Origin: an uncultured Gammaproteobacteria bacterium
GTDB taxonomy: Bacteria; Pseudomonadota; Gammaproteobacteria; Steroidobacterales; Steroidobacteraceae
Direction: 5' to 3'
DNA: 64,000 bases
Assembly (NCBI GenBank): GCA_963843295.1
Contig: CAWJJP010000005.1
Location: 230,159-294,158, forward strand
Both the position numbers and the translations under genes were made by a program. A model generated the notes under the pieces. That model did not search any database. It saw only the letters and a program-made list of their open reading frames with translations, and was not told where the DNA came from. Below, piece after piece: positions 1 to 9,214 of this stretch (positions are counted from its first letter, which is position 1; each line of letters starts with the position of its first letter).

Positions 1-535
1 TATCATTCTCGGCATGCTCTACGAGAGCTACATACATCCGCTCACCATTCTCTCCACTCTGCCGTCGGCCGGCATGGGGGCGCTGCTGATATTGCTGCTG
101 TTTCACATCGAGCTGTCGGTAATGGCGCTCATCGGCATCATTCTGCTCATCGGTATCGTCAAAAAGAACGGGATCATGATGGTCGACTTCGCCATTCAAG
201 CCGAGCGGCAGCAGAATCTGTCGCCGCACGATGCGATCCGCCAGGCCTGCCTGCTGCGCTTTCGGCCGATCATGATGACCACCATGGCGGCGCTGCTCGC
301 GGCCTTGCCGCTCGCGCTCGGCCGCGGCACCGGCTCGGAGCTGCGCCAGCCGCTCGGCTACACCATGGTCGGCGGACTCATCGTGAGCCAGGCGCTGACG
401 CTGTTCACGACCCCGGTGGTCTATTTGTACCTCGATCAGTTCCGGCTCTGGCTGAAGCGCCGGCGCGGCAAGACACAACAGCCGACGCTGCCCCCGATGT
501 CCGATCACCCGCCGCCGCTCAGCGAGGCGCCGTGA
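1..535 (+). CDS. RND multidrug efflux permease, C-terminal fragment (MdtC/MdtB-like); 5' end lies upstream of the window
   Basis: Frame is open to the window edge. '[66 protein letters not shown]' is the conserved last-TM block of AcrB/MdtC-type pumps. Stop overlaps the next start (GTGA at 532-535). Confidence 0.88.
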   Translation, partial: IILGMLYESYIHPLTILSTLPSAGMGALLILLLFHIELSVMALIGIILLIGIVKKNGIMMVDFAIQAERQQNLSPHDAIRQACLLRFRPIMMTTMAALLAALPLALGRGTGSELRQPLGYTMVGGLIVSQALTLFTTPVVYLYLDQFRLWLKRRRGKTQQPTLPPMSDHPPPLSEAP

Positions 536-1212
536 AAGTTCTGCTGGTCGAGGACAATGAGCGGGTCAGCCAGTTCGTCATCAAGGGACTGCAGGAGGCG
601 GGACATACGGCCGACTACGCCGCCAATGGGCGCGAGGGCATGTTCCTCGCCGCCAGCGAACCGTACGACGTGATCATCATGGACCGCATGCTGCCCGGCG
701 ACATCGACGGACTGGCGATCATCGAGGTGCTGCGCAAGGCGGGCAAACGCACGCCGATCCTGATTTTGAGCGCGCTGTCCGAGGTCGATGACCGGATTCG
801 CGGCCTGCGCAGCGGCGGCGACGACTATCTCACCAAACCCTTTGCGTTCGGCGAATTGCTCGCACGGTTGGACGCGCTGCACCGTCGTTCGCAGGGCGTG
901 AACCGCGAAATCCCGCTGTCAGTCGGCAACTTGCATCTCGACCCGTTGACGCGCAAGGTATCCCGCGGTGAACGGCAGATTGCCCTGCAACCGCGTGAAT
1001 TCAAGCTGCTCGAATATCTGATGCGCCACGCCGATCAAGTGGTGACGCGCACCATGCTGCTGGAAAACGTATGGGATTATCACTTCGATCCGCAAACGAA
1101 TGTCGTTGACGTCCACATCAGCAAATTGCGGCAGAAGATCGATGCGGAATTCGAGCGCCCGCTGCTGCGCACGGTGCGCAACGCAGGGTACATGGTGACG
1201 GCGGCCGAATAG
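532..1212 (+). CDS. OmpR/PhoB-family response regulator
   Basis: Receiver motifs ([27 protein letters not shown]) plus a winged-helix output ('[12 protein letters not shown]', '[13 protein letters not shown]'). GTG start coupled to the upstream RND gene, as in mdt-bae type operons. Confidence 0.9.
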   Translation: MKVLLVEDNERVSQFVIKGLQEAGHTADYAANGREGMFLAASEPYDVIIMDRMLPGDIDGLAIIEVLRKAGKRTPILILSALSEVDDRIRGLRSGGDDYLTKPFAFGELLARLDALHRRSQGVNREIPLSVGNLHLDPLTRKVSRGERQIALQPREFKLLEYLMRHADQVVTRTMLLENVWDYHFDPQTNVVDVHISKLRQKIDAEFERPLLRTVRNAGYMVTAAE

Positions 1213-1213
1213 C

Positions 1214-2638
1214 ATGATGCGGTCATCTGCGCTTTCCCTGGCCCTCGGCTACGTCGCCCTGGGAATCGCCTCGTTGGTGCTGTTCGCCGCGCCGCTGTGG
1301 TATGCGTGGCAGGTGACGATCCAGGATGGGCGCAGCGAGATTTTGCAGGCCGACGCCCAGCGGCTCACCGACGTCTACCGCCGCGACGGCGGCGATGCGC
1401 TCAAGAGATTCATCGACACCCGTGTGCACATGCAGATCGCCGGCGACCGCATCCTCTTGCTCACTGACCCGATGCTCCAGCCGCTCGCCGGCAATCTCTC
1501 CGCCTGGCCGCGCAATCTCCCCGTGACTCCCGGCAACTACCGCATCAAGGTCGACATGGGGGAGAAGGGCATTCAGGAGTCCCTCGTGCATGTCGCACTG
1601 CTCGGCGGTAATTATCTCCTGGTGGGCCGCGACAACAAGCTCTTTGCGCCGCTTGAGCGGCGGTTTTGGTACGGGTTGGCCGCCGCCATCGCGGTGCTGT
1701 CGATCGCGGGTCTGCTGGTCGGCCTGATCACCCGGCGCGCCCTCATGTCGCGCGTCCACAGCATCCGGCGCACCGTCTCGGCAATCATTCACGGCGACTT
1801 GAAGCATCGGCTGCCGACGCGCCTCAACGACGATGAGCTGAACATCCTCGCGCGCACCATCAACGGGATGCTCGATCAGATCGAGCTCCTGGTGCACGGG
1901 GTACGCAATGTCTCGAACTCCATCGCTCATGACTTGCGCACGCCGCTCGCCGAATTGCGCTCGCGCCTCGAGGAGCTCGCGTTGATGCGGCCCCCGCCGC
2001 AGGCGACGTTCGCGGAAATCGACGGAGCGGTCGCCGACGTCGACCGCGTCATCCGCATTTTCGACGCCCTGCTGCGGTTGGCGGAAATCGATGTGGGCAT
2101 GCGCCGCTCGGGTTTCGTGTCGCTCGACGTGGTCGACCTTGCCGCCACCGCCGTGGAGTTCTACGCGCCTGCGGCGGAACTCAAGAACATCTCGCTCGCC
2201 TTTCATGCGGATCGCCCGCTCACCGTCTCGGGCGACCCGATCCTGCTTGCGCAGGCACTGAGCAACTTGATCGACAACGCGTTGAAATACGCGCCCGAGA
2301 ATGGCGCGATCGAGGTCGCCGTGCGGCAGAGGCCGGACGCAGCGGTGGAGATCGCAGTCGCGGATAACGGCCCGGGCATCAGCGACGCGGAGAAGGCCAA
2401 AGTCTTCGAGCGCTTCTATCGCGGTGACGCGAGCCGCGGCACGCCCGGCGTGGGACTCGGGCTCAGTCTCGTGCAAGCCGTTGCCAAGCTTCACGGCAGC
2501 GTACTCGAGCTCTCGGACCGACGCCCCGGGCTCAGCGTCATGCTGGTGCTACCCATTGCCACGACGAGCGCGGCGCCGAGGAGCCCCGAGTCGGCCGCCG
2601 CTTCGCCGGCGGCGGCGCCGGTGAATGCGGCGACCTAG
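1214..2638 (+). CDS. Sensor histidine kinase (2 TM, HAMP, HisKA, HATPase)
   Basis: ATG lies 2 nt after the regulator stop. H-box 'SNSIAHDLRTPL', N-box 'LIDNALKYAP', G-boxes 'DNGPGI' and 'GVGLGLSLV'. Two hydrophobic segments flank a periplasmic region. Confidence 0.9.
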   Translation: MMRSSALSLALGYVALGIASLVLFAAPLWYAWQVTIQDGRSEILQADAQRLTDVYRRDGGDALKRFIDTRVHMQIAGDRILLLTDPMLQPLAGNLSAWPRNLPVTPGNYRIKVDMGEKGIQESLVHVALLGGNYLLVGRDNKLFAPLERRFWYGLAAAIAVLSIAGLLVGLITRRALMSRVHSIRRTVSAIIHGDLKHRLPTRLNDDELNILARTINGMLDQIELLVHGVRNVSNSIAHDLRTPLAELRSRLEELALMRPPPQATFAEIDGAVADVDRVIRIFDALLRLAEIDVGMRRSGFVSLDVVDLAATAVEFYAPAAELKNISLAFHADRPLTVSGDPILLAQALSNLIDNALKYAPENGAIEVAVRQRPDAAVEIAVADNGPGISDAEKAKVFERFYRGDASRGTPGVGLGLSLVQAVAKLHGSVLELSDRRPGLSVMLVLPIATTSAAPRSPESAAASPAAAPVNAAT

Positions 2639-2958
2639 TCGCCGCAGGTGGGACAGCCGCCGCCCAAATGAGCGCCGCCGTACATCGGCACATCGTACGG
2701 ATCCGTCGGATCGATGCTCACCATGCGGCGTTCCGCCATACGGTCGCAGAAGAAACTCCCCGACGTGGAGGAGAATTCCCCGAGCTTCCATCCGGCATCG
2801 ATCCAGGTCAGCATGGCGGCGAGAAATGCGCGCTTCAGATCCGACCTCGGAGGCAGCTCGCGTGATTCGAGCACGGACCCATGCATGCTGCGCACCACGT
2901 ACCAGCGCGGCGCCGCAGTGGGCTCGAGCGGATCATGGACGGTGCGGCGCCGGATCAT
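2635..2958 (-). CDS. Hypothetical small protein (C-terminal CPTC motif)
   Basis: Part of minus ORF 2635..3144, with an internal ATG at 2958 ('MIRRRTVHDPLEP...GGGCPTCGD'). Protein-like composition, but no recognisable family and no clear SD. Start uncertain. Confidence 0.3.
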   Translation of the reverse strand: MIRRRTVHDPLEPTAAPRWYVVRSMHGSVLESRELPPRSDLKRAFLAAMLTWIDAGWKLGEFSSTSGSFFCDRMAERRMVSIDPTDPYDVPMYGGAHLGGGCPTCGD

Positions 2959-3181
2959 GGGAAGAGAAACTACAAGATTGATGAAACAGGCGTCCACCCA
3001 GTAGTCCGCGCCGCAGCAACCTGTACGCAGGGGCAGGACCCCTTGCACGTGGTGCGGAGGCTGTCGGCAACCTCCTACGCGCTGTGACCCTTTGGACCAA
3101 TTACCGGACGGGTGCGGAGCTCCTAAGCTTCGGTCGCCATCCAACCGTCAACGACATTCAACCGTCAACGAGGAGAACTCC

Positions 3182-3445
3182 ATGGGCGATACCGATGCTC
3201 CGAACGACGATCCATCGGCGCGCGATGAGTCCGAGCGCAGGCTTCGAGGCGGCCCGCTGGAAGGGTCCGAGCAGAAGAAGGCCGTGGATCATGCTACGTA
3301 TGAGCGTTCGCGTAATCCGGACACCGAGCTGCATCTCGATGGGGAAAAGGACACCCTCTACAACGATGGCCTCGACATCGACGAGGATGACACCGATGAT
3401 CCGCTGCTCGGTACCCGCGGCGATTCGTTCGGGATCAAACCCTGA
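3182..3445 (+). CDS. Hypothetical small, highly acidic, low-complexity protein (87 aa)
   Basis: ATG at 3182 is preceded by AGGAGA (3171-3176). 'MGDTDAPNDDPSARDESE...DGLDIDEDDTDDPLLG'. No family recognised. Confidence 0.45.
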   Translation: MGDTDAPNDDPSARDESERRLRGGPLEGSEQKKAVDHATYERSRNPDTELHLDGEKDTLYNDGLDIDEDDTDDPLLGTRGDSFGIKP

Positions 3446-3563
3446 AAAAGGGTTGATTTCCCGGGGATTTGTAGGACAAGACGGTCTCCGGCATAGAACA
3501 TAACGCGGCTTGCGCGATCGACTCCACAGTTCCTGAAGTGAGGACTGTGGCCGCTCTGGCGCG

Positions 3564-6398
3564 GTGCAAGAATGGCGCTCTCCTTGGGCGAGTACCGTTT
3601 GCATGGGGCCTGGGTCGACAAATTTCCGGGCGGGCTTGAGACGCACGTCGCGGCGCATTCTCTATCGGCTGGGCCGCCATCTTTCCTTCGGCATCGCGGG
3701 ACGTCTTGCGGTTTCCTTCACGGCCGTTGCCGTTCTGGCCGCTGCCGCCAACCTTTTCATCGAGCGCGGCGTTGCCGTTGTTCATACGACGCGTCTGGAG
3801 CGCGGTCTGTTCTCGCCGTTGCCCTCGCCCGTTGTACCGACGGAGACCGTCCCGCACGAGGCCGTCAAGCATCGCGTCGAGCCCGCCGCGCAGATCGCTG
3901 AGCCGGCCGCCGCACACGCAATCAAGAGCGAGCGGCTCATCGGTAGCATCGACCGCTACCAACACGCGATTCAGGCACGCGAGGCGGTCGACTCGGCCGG
4001 CACCGTTGATGAGCTGCAGGCGGCTGGCGGCGAACTCGAGGGCACCGCCGAGTATCTTCAAAAGGCGGCCGCTCCGCTCGCGGCGGCAGCGCGGCCGTTC
4101 CCGCAGAAGCTCGCCGCCTACATGGCGGAGGGCGGCAGCTTCGTGCAAGTCGCAGACACGCGCCGTATCGCGCTGCGCGAATACGCGCGGCGCCTGGATT
4201 CCATGGATACGCGCGTCAGCTCCTCGCTCGATCGGGCGTGGAAGATATTCGGCCGGGTCATTGCCCGCCAATCCCTGATGCAGATGCACAGCGACCTCGA
4301 GGAGCTGCACCACCGCTTCGCCGGCATCGGTGGGGCGGAGGCTTACGATGTCGGCACCATCGAGTCCCTCTCGGCCAGTGAGCTCGCCCTGGCCGCAACG
4401 TTCAACCGCAACGAGGGCGGCTTCAAACGATCCGAGGGCGCCGAGTGGGTCCGGCGGATGCGCGAGGACTTGTCGCAAATCGAATCGCTGCGCGAGGCGA
4501 TCACCGAAGCGGACGCCGAGTCGCGCGATGGCGCCAAGCGCTTCGCCGACTCGCGCGTGCAGCTCATCGGTGCAATACCGAAGATTCCGCCCAGTCCGGT
4601 CGTACGAGCGGCGGTCGAGCCGCCCATCGTCGCGCCTGCGGCGCCGAGTGCGGCGCCCATCGTGCCGGCGATCGCCTCCCCGGTCGCGGATGCCGTCATC
4701 ACCACGACGGTTCCCGACGAGGACTTGCACCGCACGACCATCGCGGCCATCACCGCGGCGGTGCTCACGGTATTGCTGGCGATTTCCGTGCTCACGGTCC
4801 GCAGCATCGTGCTGCCGGTGAACCGGCTGCTGGGTGCGACCAAGAAGCTCGCCGGCGGCGATGTCCATGTCCGGGTACCCCGCGGCGGCATCAAGGAACT
4901 CGATACGTTGGCGGTCGCATTCAATCGGATGGCGGCGCAGCTCGCGGCAGCGCGCAACATGACGCAAAACTATCGGCAACATCTCGAGACCCAGGTCGAG
5001 CAGCGCACGCGCCAGCTTCAATATCTGGCCGAACACGATCCTCTCACCATGCTGCCGAACCGGCGCCATTTCTTCGCCCTTCTGAGCAGTTCGCTGCAGC
5101 GCGCGGCGCTGCGCGGCAGCAGCGTTGCCGTCTTCTTCATTGACATCGACAATTTCAAGAACCTGAACGACAGCATGGGCCATGCCTTCGGCGACCGTGT
5201 GCTGGTGAGCGTCGCGCAGCGGCTGCAGGACACCGCCGGCGCCGCCGGCTTCGCAGCGCGCCTGGGCGGCGATGAATTCACGGTGGTGTATGAGGATGCC
5301 TCGCCGATGCACGTCGCCCACGACGCCGGCCGCAAGCTCGTCGAAGCGTTCCAGGAATCCCTGACGGTGGACGGACGCGACGTGAGTGTGAGCGTGAGCG
5401 TCGGTGCGAGCTTGTATCCGGATCACGAGCTGCGTCCCGAGGAGCTCCTGAGCGCGGCTGACGCAGCGCTTTTCCGAGCCAAGGCTCTCGGGCGCAGTCA
5501 GCTCGCGATCTACACGCCAGAACTGCTCGAAACCGCGACCCGGAAATTCACCACCGAGCAGGGTCTGCGGCGCGCGCTCGAGCACGACGAGTTCGAACTC
5601 GTGTTTCAACCCGAGGTGAGCCTGCAAACCCTGGAAGTCGGGTTGGTCGAGGCGCTCGTGCGCTGGCGCTTGCCGGATGGGCGGCGCGCCACTCCGGATG
5701 AGTTCCTTGCCGTGACCGAGGAATCCGGCCTGATCATCGAACTCGGGAATTGGGTGCTGCGGAAGGCGGTCGAGACCGCATCGATGTGGCATTACGGGCT
5801 CTGGCCCGGCGTCCGGATCGCCATCAACGTGTCCGCTCGCCAGCTGCTCGATCAGCGATTCGTCGATCGTGTTCAGACCTTGCTGAGGGAGTACAAGCTG
5901 CCGCCCCGCTGCATCGAATTCGAGCTGACCGAATCCGTGCTGCAGACGGGCCCCGCGACCATCGAGACGCTGCGCCGGCTCAGATCCCTCGACATTTCCA
6001 TCGCCCTGGACGATTTCGGGACCGGCTACTCATCGCTCGCGTCCCTGGAGCAGCTGCCGCTCTCGCGCATCAAGCTCGACCGCACGTTGATCGCGAATAT
6101 CGACACCAACATGCGCTCAGCCGCGGTCACCGCCGCCCTCATCAAGCTCTGCGACGGCCTCGGGCTCGAGGTGACCGCGGAAGGCGTCGAGCGCCCCGCG
6201 CAGTTCGCCTGCTTGGCGGGGAATCGCGCGATGTACGTGCAGGGTTACCTCATCGCACGGCCGATGGCGGCCGAAGATGTCCTGCGCGCCAACGGCGCCA
6301 TTCCGCAAATCATGCAGGACCTGTTGCTGTCCATCCCGACGGCGAGTGCACGGATCGAAAAACTGGATCCCCACCGCCGCCGCAGTTTTTCCTCGTAG
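3564..6398 (+). CDS. Membrane-bound GGDEF-EAL (diguanylate cyclase/phosphodiesterase) protein with HAMP
   Basis: TM segments, HAMP ('VNRLLGATKKLAGGDVHVRV'), GGDEF site 'RLGGDEFTVVY', EAL signature 'LVEALVRW', plus 'EFELTES' and 'DDFGTGYSSL'. The exact start (3564 or the nearby 'MGPGS') is uncertain. Confidence 0.9.
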   Translation: MQEWRSPWASTVCMGPGSTNFRAGLRRTSRRILYRLGRHLSFGIAGRLAVSFTAVAVLAAAANLFIERGVAVVHTTRLERGLFSPLPSPVVPTETVPHEAVKHRVEPAAQIAEPAAAHAIKSERLIGSIDRYQHAIQAREAVDSAGTVDELQAAGGELEGTAEYLQKAAAPLAAAARPFPQKLAAYMAEGGSFVQVADTRRIALREYARRLDSMDTRVSSSLDRAWKIFGRVIARQSLMQMHSDLEELHHRFAGIGGAEAYDVGTIESLSASELALAATFNRNEGGFKRSEGAEWVRRMREDLSQIESLREAITEADAESRDGAKRFADSRVQLIGAIPKIPPSPVVRAAVEPPIVAPAAPSAAPIVPAIASPVADAVITTTVPDEDLHRTTIAAITAAVLTVLLAISVLTVRSIVLPVNRLLGATKKLAGGDVHVRVPRGGIKELDTLAVAFNRMAAQLAAARNMTQNYRQHLETQVEQRTRQLQYLAEHDPLTMLPNRRHFFALLSSSLQRAALRGSSVAVFFIDIDNFKNLNDSMGHAFGDRVLVSVAQRLQDTAGAAGFAARLGGDEFTVVYEDASPMHVAHDAGRKLVEAFQESLTVDGRDVSVSVSVGASLYPDHELRPEELLSAADAALFRAKALGRSQLAIYTPELLETATRKFTTEQGLRRALEHDEFELVFQPEVSLQTLEVGLVEALVRWRLPDGRRATPDEFLAVTEESGLIIELGNWVLRKAVETASMWHYGLWPGVRIAINVSARQLLDQRFVDRVQTLLREYKLPPRCIEFELTESVLQTGPATIETLRRLRSLDISIALDDFGTGYSSLASLEQLPLSRIKLDRTLIANIDTNMRSAAVTAALIKLCDGLGLEVTAEGVERPAQFACLAGNRAMYVQGYLIARPMAAEDVLRANGAIPQIMQDLLLSIPTASARIEKLDPHRRRSFSS

Positions 6399-6431
6399 CG
6401 GGCGCGCTCCATACGGTAAGATTCCGGAAGC

Positions 6432-7007
6432 ATGCAAACGTATACCGGGTGGGCCGCGATCGCCGCAGTTGCCGCCTCCTTATTCTCAGCCGCGCCGAGC
6501 GTCGGACAAACGCCGGAACAGGAAAAAACGTGGGAGGCCGAGCGCGCACGCGCCCTCGCCGAGGCGAAGATCAAAGCCGAACGCCTGGCGCAGGAGCGCC
6601 AGGCGCGCAGTGCCGATCCGATGGGGTGGGTTCGTACGCTCGATCCGATGACCTCCGGCGGTTGGGAATTTCGAGCAGTCGACAATCGCGCCTCCTGGGC
6701 CACCTTCAGCAGCAGCCATCAGCTCAAGCGCTCGGGCCAGGTCGTCACTGTTTGGTTGAGACAGGAGTACGCCGAGCCTCAGACCGGCAACACCGGCTCC
6801 TATCTCAGCGAGGTCGAGAAGGTCCAATATGACTGCAAGAAAGAGCAGACTCGCGACCTCTTGGCGGTTTACTACGTCGCGAACAACGTTCAGGGCAGCC
6901 AGCAAACCGAAGAATCCGATCCGAAGAACACTCCCTGGAACGCGATCGTGCCGGGCACGCGCGAGGAGACGACATTTTTGTGGGCGTGCGGCCCCGCGAA
7001 GCGCTAG
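6432..7007 (+). CDS. Secreted hypothetical protein (pattern resembles the surface-adhesin protein E fold family)
   Basis: Signal peptide 'MQTYTGWAAIAAVAASLFSAAPSVG', a charged coiled stretch, then 'VVTVWLRQEY...VQYDCKKEQ...WNAIVPGT...WACG'. The W/C spacing recalls protein-E-like domains. Family call is from memory only. Confidence 0.55.
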   Translation: MQTYTGWAAIAAVAASLFSAAPSVGQTPEQEKTWEAERARALAEAKIKAERLAQERQARSADPMGWVRTLDPMTSGGWEFRAVDNRASWATFSSSHQLKRSGQVVTVWLRQEYAEPQTGNTGSYLSEVEKVQYDCKKEQTRDLLAVYYVANNVQGSQQTEESDPKNTPWNAIVPGTREETTFLWACGPAKR

Positions 7008-7014
7008 ACGTCTC

Positions 7015-9174
7015 CTAGACAGTCTCTGAGCCGCCCAGAACAATCGTCCCCACGAGCAGTCGCACACGATCCGCGCACGGTCCGACGAGAATCTCCACCT
7101 CCCCGGGCTCGAAGACGGGGCGCAGATCCGGGCCGAGAAAGCGTAATTCGGTCGCCGCGAGAAACAGCGTCACAGTACCGGTTTGACCGGGTTCCAACTT
7201 GATCTTCGCGAATCCTTTGAGCTCGAGCAGCGGCCTCGTCACCGTTGCGAGCTTATCGTGCGTGAACAGGAATACCGTCTCTTCCGCCGCACGTTCGCCG
7301 TCGTTGAGGACGTCCACGCGTACCACGACGGTGTCCTTCTCCGTGATTCGCTCGCTGGTGAGCCGCAGATTGGACAACGTGAACCGTCCATAGCTCAGAC
7401 CGAACCCGAACGGGAACAGCGGCTCGTTCGATACGTCGAGATACTTGCTGGTGAAGCGGTCCTTGGAATCGGCGGGACGTCCGCTGGGACGTTCGCCGAA
7501 GAACACGGGCACCTGCCCCAAGGCGCGCGGCCAGGTGACGGCGGTACGGCCGCTCGGGCAAACCTTGCCGGTGACCACATCCGCGATCGCATTGCCCGCC
7601 TCGCTTCCCAAGAACCAGGCCGCAAGCACTGCGGCGGCTCTGTCGATCAACCAAGGTACCGCGAGCGGCCGGCCCGAGAACAGGACGACGATCACCGGCT
7701 TGCCTTGCGCCGCCGCGCCTTCGAACACGGCCTCGGCAAACATGCGCTGCCGTCCCGGAAGCCCGAGGTGAGCGCGACTCGCCGCCTCGCCGCTCATCCC
7801 CGCCGCTTCGCCGAGACACAACACAATGGCATCCGCCCGCGCACACACCTCGAGCGCCTCGACCATACCCGTCAGATTCTCGCCATCGATGTCGATGCCC
7901 GGGGCGTGCAACACCTCGCCTCCGGCGAGCGCGGCGCGCAGACCCGCGAGGACGGTGACCGGTTCGTCGGCCTGCGCGACACCCCACCAGGGGCCGCGCA
8001 TTTCCGCGGCCGCATCGGCGAGCGGACCGACGACCGCGAGCCGCTGCAAACCGCCGTGCAGCGGCAGAACACCTTCATCGTTCTTCAACAGCACGATGGC
8101 GCGGGCGCCGACGCTGCGCGCGAGTCGTCGGCGCGATGCGCGGGCCGCGGGCTTCTGCGCCACCGAGCCGCGGCGATATGGATCGTCGAACAGACCGAGC
8201 CGCAGCTTCAGCGTCAGCACCCGACGGACGGAGGCGTCGATCTCCTCGACGGACACCCAGCCGCGGTCGAGTGCGACCGGCAGGCCGTGTCGATAGGCGC
8301 CGGCCATCATGTCGATGTCCACTCCCGCCTTGAGCGCGAGCGTCGCTGCCTGCGCGAGATCGGCGGCGACTCCGTGGTGGATGAGCTCGGCGATCGCGTT
8401 GTAGTCGCTCACGATGACTCCGTCGAATCCCGACTGCTCTCGCAGCCAGCCCTTGAGCAGCGGCACGTTCGCGGTCATTGGAATGCCGGCGAGGTCGGTG
8501 AAGGCAGGCATGACCGCGGATACGCCGGCGGCAACCGCGGCCGCGAAGGCGGGCAGGTACACTTCGTGCAGCGTACGATCGGAAATATCAACGGCAGCGT
8601 AGTCGCGACCGGCGGTCACAGCGCCATACGCGCAAAAGTGCTTGGCGACGGCGGCCAATGCATCGGCTGCCGCGAGATCGGCTCCCTGGAAACCGCGCAC
8701 CTTGACCTCGGCGATGCGTGCACTCAGCCACGGATCCTCTCCCGGTCCTTCCGCGCTGCGTCCCCAGCGCGGGTCGCGCGCCACATCGAGCATGGGAGCA
8801 AACGTCATGGCCACTCCATCGGCGGCCGCCTCCCTGGCCGCCGCCCGCGCCGTCAGCGCCCAGGTTTCGGGGTCGAACAGTCCCGCTTCGGCCAATGGGA
8901 TGGGAAACAGCGTGCGGTGACCGTGCACCACATCGAAACCGATGAGCAGCGGTATGCCGAGCCGGGACTCCTTCACGGCCAGGCGTTGCATCTCGTGAAC
9001 CTCCTCTGCGCCAACCAGGTTGAGCAGATTGCCGACCGTGCCGGCCTTGATCGCCTCGGTCGAATCTCCGGCAATCGTCGGGCCGGTCACCGCATGCCCC
9101 GCGGCGGACATCGTGAGCTGGCCGAGCTTCTCGGGCATCGACATCTTTCGCAGCAGGAGATCGATTCGATTCAT
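7015..9174 (-). CDS. bglX: Glycoside hydrolase family 3 beta-glucosidase (BglX-like)
   Basis: 'MSMPEKLGQLTM', 'GIPLLIGFDVVHG', 'GVIVSDYNAI' and a C-terminal fibronectin-like domain. 719 aa is typical of periplasmic BglX. Confidence 0.9.
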   Translation of the reverse strand: MNRIDLLLRKMSMPEKLGQLTMSAAGHAVTGPTIAGDSTEAIKAGTVGNLLNLVGAEEVHEMQRLAVKESRLGIPLLIGFDVVHGHRTLFPIPLAEAGLFDPETWALTARAAAREAAADGVAMTFAPMLDVARDPRWGRSAEGPGEDPWLSARIAEVKVRGFQGADLAAADALAAVAKHFCAYGAVTAGRDYAAVDISDRTLHEVYLPAFAAAVAAGVSAVMPAFTDLAGIPMTANVPLLKGWLREQSGFDGVIVSDYNAIAELIHHGVAADLAQAATLALKAGVDIDMMAGAYRHGLPVALDRGWVSVEEIDASVRRVLTLKLRLGLFDDPYRRGSVAQKPAARASRRRLARSVGARAIVLLKNDEGVLPLHGGLQRLAVVGPLADAAAEMRGPWWGVAQADEPVTVLAGLRAALAGGEVLHAPGIDIDGENLTGMVEALEVCARADAIVLCLGEAAGMSGEAASRAHLGLPGRQRMFAEAVFEGAAAQGKPVIVVLFSGRPLAVPWLIDRAAAVLAAWFLGSEAGNAIADVVTGKVCPSGRTAVTWPRALGQVPVFFGERPSGRPADSKDRFTSKYLDVSNEPLFPFGFGLSYGRFTLSNLRLTSERITEKDTVVVRVDVLNDGERAAEETVFLFTHDKLATVTRPLLELKGFAKIKLEPGQTGTVTLFLAATELRFLGPDLRPVFEPGEVEILVGPCADRVRLLVGTIVLGGSETV

Positions 9175-9214
9175 GGATAATGGCGCAACTGTTCACCCCT
9201 AAAAGAGCCAAGCC

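Noticed and set aside
1223-2494. 423-aa minus-strand ORF
   Set aside because: It is antisense to the histidine kinase gene, with no motifs.
3435-5792. 785-aa minus-strand ORF
   Set aside because: It is antisense to the GGDEF-EAL gene, which has GGDEF and EAL signatures. The translation is low-complexity and Arg-rich.
7183-9180. 665-aa plus-strand ORF
   Set aside because: It is antisense to the GH3 beta-glucosidase gene, which has clear family blocks.
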